Source: Clostridiales bacterium (GTDB lineage: Bacteria > Bacillota > Clostridia > Christensenellales > UBA3700). Taken from it: a stretch of DNA of 37,442 bases. Position numbers and translations under genes: made by a program. The notes below the pieces were generated by a model. It was not told the DNA's origin. It did not search any database and saw only the letters and a list, made by a program, of their open reading frames with translations. The stretch spans positions 11,990-49,431 of the forward strand of contig JAAVHS010000020.1 in NCBI GenBank assembly GCA_014799575.1, written 5' to 3'. Within the stretch, counting starts at the first letter, position 1, and each line of letters starts with the position of its first letter. Shown piece after piece: positions 19,653-27,535 of the stretch.

Positions 19653-22190
19653 ATGGAAAATCAAGTTAATGAACTCAAAAAGATTGTTTCTTTGAAATGT
19701 CAGACTTATTTCGGCACTACTGTCGAACACGCAAGCAAAAATCAAATTTACCGCGCCATTTGTATGACGGTAAGAGATATTCTCACCGACAAGCGTTTGG
19801 CGTTCAAGAAAAAGAGAGTAGAGCAAGGCGCTAAGCAAGTATACTATATGTCTATGGAATTTTTGCTCGGCAGGTCCTTGAAAAATCATCTTTACAACCT
19901 TAAAATGACAGACACGTTCGAGGCGATTTGCAAGGATTTGGGATATACGCTCGAAGATATGTACGCTATCGAGCCCGACGCAGGTCTCGGCAACGGCGGT
20001 CTCGGAAGACTTGCCGCTGCGTATATGGAATCGCTCACCAATCTCAATTACGTTGCGAGCGGTTTCTCGATAAGATACGACTACGGTATTTTCAAGCAAA
20101 AGATTGAAGACGGCTGGCAAGTGGAATTGCCCGACGAGTGGTTGGAAAACGGCGACGTTTGGCTTTCGCCCCGTATGGAAGACACGTTCGAAGTAAAGTT
20201 CGGCGGTCACATCGAAGAGAATTGGAACGACGGAAGACTTTACATAGAGCAGAAAGATTGCTATACGGTACAGGCCATTCCTTACGATATGAATATCAGC
20301 GGTTACGACGTACCCGCGGTCAACAAATTAAGACTTTGGACGGCAAAAGCGCCGATGGACTTCGATATGAAGTTGTTCGCTGAAGGCGAATACGTCAAGT
20401 CGCTTGAACAAAAGGCGATTGCTGAAAGTATTTGTAAAGTGCTTTATCCTGCCGACCACCACCAAGAAGGTAAGATGCTCAGACTTAAACAGCAATACTT
20501 CTTCGTATCCGCATCATTGCAGTCTATTATCAAAATGCATCTCAAAGACTACAAGACGCTCGATACTTTGCCCAACAAGGTGGCTATACATATCAACGAC
20601 ACGCACCCGACGCTTTGTATTCCCGAACTTATGAGATTGCTTCTCGACGAATACGGCTATTCGTGGGAAAAGGCTTGGGATATCGTAACGCGTACGGTTT
20701 CTTACACCAACCATACCGTTATGGCTGAGGCATTGGAAAAATGGCCGGAAGACCTTTTCAAATCGCTCTTGCCGAGAATTTATCAAATCGTATGCGAAAT
20801 CAACAGAAGATTTACCGACGAACTTTGGGCTTTCTATCCCAACGATTACGGCAAAGTGGAGTACAACGCGATACTTTCAAACGGTCAGGTAAAAATGGCG
20901 AACCTCTGTCTTGCCGCTTCGCACACTATCAACGGCGTATCGGCTTTGCACTCGCAGATACTTAAAGACGAAGTATTCAGAGATTATTGCAATATGCACC
21001 CAAATGCGTTTACCAACGTTACCAACGGTATTACTTACAGAAGGTGGCTTTGCCAATCCAACCCCCTTCTTTCCGACTATATCGAGAAATTGACGGGCGA
21101 CGGATTTAAGAAAGACGCTGACAAACTCAAAAACTTGACGAAGTTTGCCGACGATAAAGCAGTGCTTGACAAGATTATGGATATCAAGAGAGCCAACAAA
21201 GTAAGACTTGCCGAGTATATCAAAAAGACTAACGGAATTGACGTCAATCCCGATTCTATATTCGACGTTCAGGTAAAGAGATTGCACGAGTACAAGCGTC
21301 AGCTTCTCAATGCTTTGCATATTCTCGACTTGTATTATAGACTCAAACAAAATCCCGATTTGGATATCAATCCGCGCACGTTCATATTCGGCGCAAAGGC
21401 AGCTCCGAGCTACTATATGGCTAAGCAAATCATCCGTCTTATCCATTCGCTCGGCAACCTTATCAACAACGACCCCGATATCAAGGGCAAAATCAAAGTC
21501 GTATATATCGAAAATTACAGAGTTACGCTTGCCGAGATGATTATGCCGGCTTCCGACGTATCCGAGCAAATTTCCATTGCAGGTAAAGAAGCGAGCGGTA
21601 CGGGCAATATGAAGTTTATGATAAACGGCGCAGTCACGATAGGCACTATGGACGGCGCAAATATCGAAATCTTCGAGAACGTGGGCAAAGACAACATCTT
21701 TATCTTCGGTTTGCTTGCAAACGAGATAAACGAAATAAATCGCAACGGCTACAACCCGAGATACTACTATGAGTCCAACCCGAGAATTAAGGCTGTTATC
21801 GACGGACTTAGAGGCGGTATCGCAGGCGTCAACTACGGCGAGATTGCTGACGCGCTTATCCAAAGCGACACTTACAAAGTGCTTGCCGACTTCCAGTCTT
21901 ATTGCGACGCGCAAGACAGACTTGACAAAGCGTATTCCGATAAAAAGAGATGGGCGAAAATGTCGCTTCTCAATACTGCGAACGCAGGTTTCTTCTCTTC
22001 GGATAGAAGCGTAAAAGAATATGCCGACAGAATTTGGAAGATGAAACCGGTCAAGTACGGCGATACTAGCGCAAAGGAAAAGTCTACGGAAAAGCCTGCG
22101 CTCAAATCGACGACCGTATCGAAGTCTTATGCAAAACCGAATAAGACCTCTATCGAAACGGTAGTAAAGAAGAAGACGACAAAGAAATAA
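19653..22190 (+). CDS. glgP: Glycogen/alpha-glucan phosphorylase (GT35)
   Basis: GLGNGGLGRLAA, INDTHP, QVKRLHEYKRQ and PLP site EASGTGNMK, with a basic C-terminal tail. Confidence 0.98.
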   Translation: MENQVNELKKIVSLKCQTYFGTTVEHASKNQIYRAICMTVRDILTDKRLAFKKKRVEQGAKQVYYMSMEFLLGRSLKNHLYNLKMTDTFEAICKDLGYTLEDMYAIEPDAGLGNGGLGRLAAAYMESLTNLNYVASGFSIRYDYGIFKQKIEDGWQVELPDEWLENGDVWLSPRMEDTFEVKFGGHIEENWNDGRLYIEQKDCYTVQAIPYDMNISGYDVPAVNKLRLWTAKAPMDFDMKLFAEGEYVKSLEQKAIAESICKVLYPADHHQEGKMLRLKQQYFFVSASLQSIIKMHLKDYKTLDTLPNKVAIHINDTHPTLCIPELMRLLLDEYGYSWEKAWDIVTRTVSYTNHTVMAEALEKWPEDLFKSLLPRIYQIVCEINRRFTDELWAFYPNDYGKVEYNAILSNGQVKMANLCLAASHTINGVSALHSQILKDEVFRDYCNMHPNAFTNVTNGITYRRWLCQSNPLLSDYIEKLTGDGFKKDADKLKNLTKFADDKAVLDKIMDIKRANKVRLAEYIKKTNGIDVNPDSIFDVQVKRLHEYKRQLLNALHILDLYYRLKQNPDLDINPRTFIFGAKAAPSYYMAKQIIRLIHSLGNLINNDPDIKGKIKVVYIENYRVTLAEMIMPASDVSEQISIAGKEASGTGNMKFMINGAVTIGTMDGANIEIFENVGKDNIFIFGLLANEINEINRNGYNPRYYYESNPRIKAVIDGLRGGIAGVNYGEIADALIQSDTYKVLADFQSYCDAQDRLDKAYSDKKRWAKMSLLNTANAGFFSSDRSVKEYADRIWKMKPVKYGDTSAKEKSTEKPALKSTTVSKSYAKPNKTSIETVVKKKTTKK

Positions 22191-22202
22191 ATTTGACTAT
22201 TC

Positions 22203-22248
22203 AGCCTTATCCCAAAAGTCGCATTGACGGACGGATAGGGCTGTTTTT
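22203..22248 (+). terminator. Large-loop terminator-like hairpin between glgP and the GH13 gene
   Basis: CAGCCTTATCC ... GGATAGGGCTG followed by TTTTT; the roughly 19-nt loop contains a small inner stem. Confidence 0.55.
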
Positions 22249-22268
22249 ATAGTATAAGGACGTAAAAG

Positions 22269-24092
22269 ATGCAAGACTTTATTTTTTTTGATAGCAAGAA
22301 TCCTATTTGTAAGTCGCCTTTCGGAAGCGTAGCGCACGATAGGGATATTACTTTCAGAATTTTTGCCAAAGACGGCGTTTTCGTACGCGGCGTGGAATTG
22401 TTGATATATGAGGACGGCAAGGACGTACCTTACGTCTTTCCTATGTTTTTTAATTGCAAGCATGGCGACGAGAGCGAATTTTTCACAAAGTTTAGCATCA
22501 ACAAAGTGGGGTTGTATTGGTACAAATTCGTATTCCATACCGAAAACGGCGATATATATAAGGACAACGACGGCAAGCTCTATCAGTTCACGGTCTACAA
22601 AAAAGGATATAGGACTCCCGACTGGGCAAAAGGCGGAGTAATCTATCATATCTTCGTCGACAGGTTCAACAAAGGAGACGATAAGAGTATCGTTTTCAAT
22701 AAAAACGGAGTGATGAAAGAGTGGGGAGAGGAAGTGACGATTGCCGACCCCGACGGCGTATTTAGAGCCAACGACTTTTACGGCGGTAATCTTCAAGGCA
22801 TTATCGACAAACTCGATTATCTGCAAGAACTCGGCGTAACGCTTATCTATCTTTCACCCGTATTCGAATCTTCGTCCAATCACCGTTACGATACGGGCGA
22901 TTATGAAAAAATCGACCCACTCCTCGGCAGTGAGGAAAAATTTGCCGAACTTATCGAAAAAGCGCGCGATAAGGGTATGGGAGTAATGTTGGACGGCGTG
23001 TTCAATCACACGGGCGCGGACAGCAAGTACTTCAACAAATTCGGCAATTATCCTACGCTCGGCGCGTATCAGTCGCAAGAGAGCGAATACTACGATTGGT
23101 TTGACTTTTACAATTTCCCAGACGAATACCACTGTTGGTGGGGCATTACCGTCACGCCTACCGTAAGTCAAAGAGCGACTGCGTTTAGAAATATGATAGC
23201 TGGCAAAAAGGGCGTCATAGAGAAGTGGACGAAACTCGGCGTAAAAGGTTGGCGACTTGACGTCGTCGACGAGTTGCGCGAAGACTTTGTAAAGGACATA
23301 CGCAAGACTATCAAGAGTTGCGACAAGGAGGCGGTATTGATAGGCGAGGTGTGGGAAGACGCGTCCAACAAGATTGCGTACAGCTATCGCAGACATTATT
23401 TCCAAGGCGAGGAACTCGACGGCGTGATGAATTATCCGTTTAAGGAAGCGACGCTTTCCTACGCTTTGGGCGACGACGTGCGAAATTTCATAGACACGGT
23501 AATGACTATCGTCGAGAATTATCCGAAGCCCGCTATGGACGCGACCATGAATTTGATTGACTCTCATGACACGGCGAGGGCGCTCAGCGTGTTGAGCGGA
23601 GCGGATATGTCGGGTACGGATAAGGCATTCAGAAGAGATTACCGTATGAATCCCGAATTGTACGACATCGCCAAGAAAAGACTGTATATGGCGTCGGCAA
23701 TTCAATTTATGCTTCCAGGTATTCCTTCTATCTATTACGGAGATGAACGCGGTATGCAAGGCTACGAAGACCCGCTTTGCAGACGTACTGTAGATTGGAG
23801 CGGTTGCGACGAGGATATACTCTCGCATTATAAGAAACTTGGCGGTATAAGAAAAGAGTACAACGCTATTATGCGCGGAGAAACGTACTTCGAGTGGCAC
23901 GACGGTCTGCTTGTGCTTTGCCGTAAGAGCGGTAAGAAGATTATCAAGACGGTCGCCAACAACACTCGCTATACCAAGACTTTCCGTTGCGACAACGCAA
24001 AGATGGATTTGCTCCTCGGTGAAGAGGTTGTGGAGAAGTTGTTTGATATTGAGCCGTGCGAAGTTAGGATTTTCCTCGCAGAAAGAAAGTAG
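22269..24092 (+). CDS. GH13 alpha-glycosidase (neopullulanase/cyclomaltodextrinase/amylopullulanase-like), probably in glycogen or maltodextrin breakdown
   Basis: YHIFVDRF, GGNLQGI..KLDYL, NHRYDT, DGVFNH, GWRLDV (nucleophile), GEVW and SHD. No signal peptide. Confidence 0.92.
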   Translation: MQDFIFFDSKNPICKSPFGSVAHDRDITFRIFAKDGVFVRGVELLIYEDGKDVPYVFPMFFNCKHGDESEFFTKFSINKVGLYWYKFVFHTENGDIYKDNDGKLYQFTVYKKGYRTPDWAKGGVIYHIFVDRFNKGDDKSIVFNKNGVMKEWGEEVTIADPDGVFRANDFYGGNLQGIIDKLDYLQELGVTLIYLSPVFESSSNHRYDTGDYEKIDPLLGSEEKFAELIEKARDKGMGVMLDGVFNHTGADSKYFNKFGNYPTLGAYQSQESEYYDWFDFYNFPDEYHCWWGITVTPTVSQRATAFRNMIAGKKGVIEKWTKLGVKGWRLDVVDELREDFVKDIRKTIKSCDKEAVLIGEVWEDASNKIAYSYRRHYFQGEELDGVMNYPFKEATLSYALGDDVRNFIDTVMTIVENYPKPAMDATMNLIDSHDTARALSVLSGADMSGTDKAFRRDYRMNPELYDIAKKRLYMASAIQFMLPGIPSIYYGDERGMQGYEDPLCRRTVDWSGCDEDILSHYKKLGGIRKEYNAIMRGETYFEWHDGLLVLCRKSGKKIIKTVANNTRYTKTFRCDNAKMDLLLGEEVVEKLFDIEPCEVRIFLAERK

Positions 24093-24093
24093 T

Positions 24094-24219
24094 CGAGCGC
24101 GTATAGCGACGCACCTTTTGCCTGATCTGCGAGTCGACGCTCGGGGTCACGTACGGAAAGTACGCTCACCGCTCGGTCGCTTCCCGCTAAGACAAAATCT
24201 GCATCACTCTCCGCGCTCG
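24094..24219 (-). repeat. Long imperfect palindrome / rod hairpin 1 with a CGTAC-N5-GTACG apex
   Basis: Outer arms CGAGCGCG/CGCGCTCG. Inner arms 24102-24123 and 24190-24211 pair with G-U wobbles on the minus strand. Apex at 24150-24164 is centred in the element. Confidence 0.75.
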
Positions 24220-24252
24220 TCACGAAGTTGGAAGTTTGTGGTAGAAAAGTAA

Positions 24253-24756
24253 TTATATAAAAGATTCTACGATATATAAAGTATTCAAACTTTCATCGTA
24301 TAGAAGAAAAAGTATATCTCTCGGAGTATCGCCATTATCCTTAGAATAATATATAAAATTTTCATCGAGAATTACAACTTTGCTTTCGTCTATTCCGCAT
24401 TCTACAAGGTTGTCTAATGCAAATTCGAAACGATCCCAATCAATATTTGATTTTTCGTTTGAAAAAGATTGTAGAAATTCGTCTGGACGTGAGTCAAATT
24501 TAACAATCGAATATCGTTCGCCGTCCATCCAAAATATATCTGAATATCTATATGTTATATGAGCGTTTTCTTCGGGGATATCTACTTCCCACGTTTCGTT
24601 GTAATAGAGGAATGGGTGCGCTCTATGATACATTGCGTCAATACTAGATTTAATCTCTTCTTGAACAAGCATAGCGCCAAAAGTCCTTGCGAGGCACAAA
24701 AGACCGCCGCATAACACAATAAACATAATAAAGAATACTTTTTTCGCTTTATTCAT
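24253..24756 (-). CDS. Hypothetical protein with an N-terminal signal or membrane anchor (167 aa)
   Basis: Start moved to the ATG at 24756 (MNKAKKVFFIMFIVLCGGLLCL...), which has RBS AAGGTG. The ORF-track start at 24816 coincides with a -35 box. AT-rich; no family recognised. Confidence 0.72.
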   Translation of the reverse strand: MNKAKKVFFIMFIVLCGGLLCLARTFGAMLVQEEIKSSIDAMYHRAHPFLYYNETWEVDIPEENAHITYRYSDIFWMDGERYSIVKFDSRPDEFLQSFSNEKSNIDWDRFEFALDNLVECGIDESKVVILDENFIYYSKDNGDTPRDILFLLYDESLNTLYIVESFI

Positions 24757-24787
24757 CCCACACCTTACGAATCGTATTATTACTAAA

Positions 24788-24816
24788 AGTTTAGCATAAA
24801 TGATTGTATTAGTCAA
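24788..24816 (-). promoter_or_regulatory. Sigma-A promoter of the hypothetical gene
   Basis: TTGACT-17 bp-TAAACT with an extended TGn. Confidence 0.65.
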
Positions 24817-24887
24817 TATAAATTAAATTAATATGTTAAGATTCGCTTGCATTGAACATAATTATATTTGCAAGCATATACTTAATC

Positions 24888-25760
24888 GTGACAGATTTAA
24901 GTTTTTTATCGACGCTTGACGCAAATACAGTATTCAATCATCCATCGCTTTCGGCTTTCGCGAGCGGTGGCAATATATCCGCGGTGATTTATCCCACGAC
25001 GGCTAAGCAAGTCGTTCAAGCGACGGCGCTCTTGGATAAAGAGAAAATACCGTATTACGTATTAGGCAACTGCACCAACGTGCTTATAAAGGACGAGGGA
25101 GTTGACGGCGTCGTAATTTGCACGAAGTATTTGTGCGGTATTGACGTCAAAGACGAGTTGCTTTACGTGGGCGCGGGCGAGAGTATGCCCAAGCTTTGCA
25201 AACTTTCTTTAGAGGGAAGTTTGAGCGGAATAGAGGGATTGTGTTCTATCCCCGGTACGGTCGGCGGCGGAGTGATAATGAATTGCTCGGCTTTCGGCAG
25301 AGAATTTGCAGACGTAATAGAATACGTCGATATAGCGCAAGATAGCGAAATAGTCAGATACGTCGCAAAAGATTTGGACTTTGGGTATAGATATTCCAAA
25401 GCAAGAAGTTTGGGCGCGGTAGTCGGCGTAGGAATAAAGTTGACGACGGGCGACAAGCGTCAAATCGCGAGCGACATCAAGGGATATAAAATCGCAAGAA
25501 TGAGAAGTCAACCGCAAGGCGTCTCGCTCGGTAGCGTATTCAAGCAGGCGGGCGGTACGTCGGCAGGCTATTATATCGATAAAGCGGGCTTGAAAGGTAT
25601 GCGTATAGGCGGAGCGAAAATATCCGAAAAACACGCGAATTTTATTCTCAACGTCGGTGGCGCGACGTCCGCTGATTTTCTTGCGCTCGGTAATTATGCA
25701 AGGCAAGAGGTTGACAAACTATGGGGCGTTAAGTTACAATATGAAGTAGACGTGATTTGA
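24888..25760 (+). CDS. murB: UDP-N-acetylenolpyruvoylglucosamine reductase
   Basis: LGNCTNVLI.D.G, IPGTVGG...MN..AFG, FGYRYS, QP....LGSVFK, SEKHANFI.N and L..EV. The start is uncertain: the in-frame GTG at 24888 is preferred over the TTG at 24852. Confidence 0.93.
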   Translation: MTDLSFLSTLDANTVFNHPSLSAFASGGNISAVIYPTTAKQVVQATALLDKEKIPYYVLGNCTNVLIKDEGVDGVVICTKYLCGIDVKDELLYVGAGESMPKLCKLSLEGSLSGIEGLCSIPGTVGGGVIMNCSAFGREFADVIEYVDIAQDSEIVRYVAKDLDFGYRYSKARSLGAVVGVGIKLTTGDKRQIASDIKGYKIARMRSQPQGVSLGSVFKQAGGTSAGYYIDKAGLKGMRIGGAKISEKHANFILNVGGATSADFLALGNYARQEVDKLWGVKLQYEVDVI

Positions 25761-25821
25761 CCCAAAGTCAATAATTTATACATAAATTATTTAAGGACAA
25801 GCAAGGAGGGCGCGCCGATAA

Positions 25822-26580
25822 ATGAACATAACGGCTGATTACCATTCACATACGACGTATTCGCACGGCACGGGTTCGATTGCCGACAACGCGCGCGTTG
25901 CAAGCGAAAAAGGGTTTGATTATCTTGCTATTACCGACCACGGCGCAAGACAGTCGTTCGTTGGAGTGAAGAGAAGGTTATTCGATAAAATTCGCGCCGA
26001 TATGGACAACGTGCAAAAGGACTATTCCGACCTCAAACTTTTGTTTGGCGTTGAAGCCAATATTTTGGGCGAATCTGGCAACATTGACGTCACGCCCGAG
26101 GACTTGGACAAGTTGGATATTCTAATAGCGGGTTACCATTTTATGGCTTTTCCGTACAAGCCCAACGACTTTTTCAATATCACTTGTTCGGCTTTGGCGA
26201 GATATTGTTTGAAACCTACAAAGTCGCAAATCGAAAGACAGACGAGAATGTATATCAACGCAATCAAGAAGAATAAAATTGATATTATTACTCACCCCGG
26301 TTTTCGTCTTGACATTGATTATACTCAATTCGGAAAGGCTTGCGCGGACTACGGCACGTACGTGGAACTTTCTTCCCGTCACCGTACGCCCAACGAAAAA
26401 GGACTTGAAGAATTGCTTTTGACGGACTGTCAATTCATACTCAATTCCGACGCTCACAAGCCCGAGAACGTAGGCGCTTGCGAGTTTGCAAAAGAGTTGA
26501 TAGAAAAATACGACGTACCCGCGAATAGAATTGCGAATATCGACCACAAGACGTTGACTTTGAGGTCGCAAAACAAATAA
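25822..26580 (+). CDS. PHP-domain phosphatase (YcdX/histidinol-phosphatase-like)
   Basis: DYHSHT.YSHG, ITDHG, GVEAN, AGYH, ITHP and NSDAH. RBS AGGAGG. Confidence 0.92.
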   Translation: MNITADYHSHTTYSHGTGSIADNARVASEKGFDYLAITDHGARQSFVGVKRRLFDKIRADMDNVQKDYSDLKLLFGVEANILGESGNIDVTPEDLDKLDILIAGYHFMAFPYKPNDFFNITCSALARYCLKPTKSQIERQTRMYINAIKKNKIDIITHPGFRLDIDYTQFGKACADYGTYVELSSRHRTPNEKGLEELLLTDCQFILNSDAHKPENVGACEFAKELIEKYDVPANRIANIDHKTLTLRSQNK

Positions 26581-26593
26581 CCAAAGACACGAT

Positions 26594-27535
26594 ATGGATT
26601 GCACCGCTTTACTTAAAAAAGACATACTCACTGCGTTACCTGAAAGCGACGGACAAAAGCTCGCCTTTCTTTGCGCTGTCACGAAGAGTAGGGGCGGTAT
26701 CGACGTCTATAAAAAATCCACGTCGCTGACTTATGAATTCGACGACAAGGACGAGGCGCTCGCCGTTTTGGATATGGTAAAAGAGCAAGTCGAGGGCGAC
26801 GTATTTTTTCTTCAAAAAGGAACTCAAAACAACGTGACTTTTTGCGTTCAACTCAAAGATAAAGTCGCGAGCGATTTGCTCAAAAAACTCAATTTGAGCA
26901 GATACGAGCAAGACGGATTCGTCATCGACGACGGAGTAGATTACATACTGTCCCTAAAAGAAAGCGAAGACTTTTTCGCATTTTTCAAAGGCGTGGTCTT
27001 GACGAGCGGACAGTTGAGATTTCCCGACGAGAACTATTCCAATTATTCCATGCAAATTAAACTCTCCAACGAGAGATACGGAGAAGCGATAAGGCAAAAG
27101 ATGACTGACTTTGGCATTGACCTCAAAATGAGCGAGACGAAGACCAATTATATTTTGCAATCGCGCAACAGTCAGGAGATAGAAGACATGTTGGCAATGT
27201 GTTCGGCAAGCGAGTGCGTATTTAAACTCAACAACGTCATTGCCGAAAGGGATAAGTCCAACGAGTTTAACAGACAAAGCAATTTGTATATGGCGAATTT
27301 GGCGAGAGCGGTGACGGGCGCAAGCAAGTACATTAACGCGATAGAACTTTTGACGCAAAATGGCGTATTGCAACAGCAAGAAAAGAAATTGCGCGACGTC
27401 GCGAAAGCGAGGATAGAATACGAGGACGACAGTATGCGCGAGTTGGCGGAAAAACTGTCTATGAGCAAGACGAGTTTGTCGAGATATCTCAATAGATTAT
27501 TAGAATTGGCGGAGGAAGAAAATGGACGAAAATAA
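26594..27535 (+). CDS. whiA: DNA-binding protein WhiA (divergent)
   Basis: FFKGVVLTSG..P resembles the LAGLIDADG-like LRGAFL..GS..P motif; NRQSN..MANL.R, and C-terminal HTH AKARIEY.D.SMRELA..L.MSKTSL. Lies immediately before dnaE. Confidence 0.85.
   Translation: MDCTALLKKDILTALPESDGQKLAFLCAVTKSRGGIDVYKKSTSLTYEFDDKDEALAVLDMVKEQVEGDVFFLQKGTQNNVTFCVQLKDKVASDLLKKLNLSRYEQDGFVIDDGVDYILSLKESEDFFAFFKGVVLTSGQLRFPDENYSNYSMQIKLSNERYGEAIRQKMTDFGIDLKMSETKTNYILQSRNSQEIEDMLAMCSASECVFKLNNVIAERDKSNEFNRQSNLYMANLARAVTGASKYINAIELLTQNGVLQQQEKKLRDVAKARIEYEDDSMRELAEKLSMSKTSLSRYLNRLLELAEEENGRK

Noticed and set aside
23911-24252. 113-aa ORF through hairpin 1, and a faint echo of the GH13 3' end at 24224-24252 (CGAAGTT...GAAAAGTAA)
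   Set aside because: The ORF overlaps the GH13 gene and has no RBS; the similarity is too short and degenerate to call a target-site duplication.
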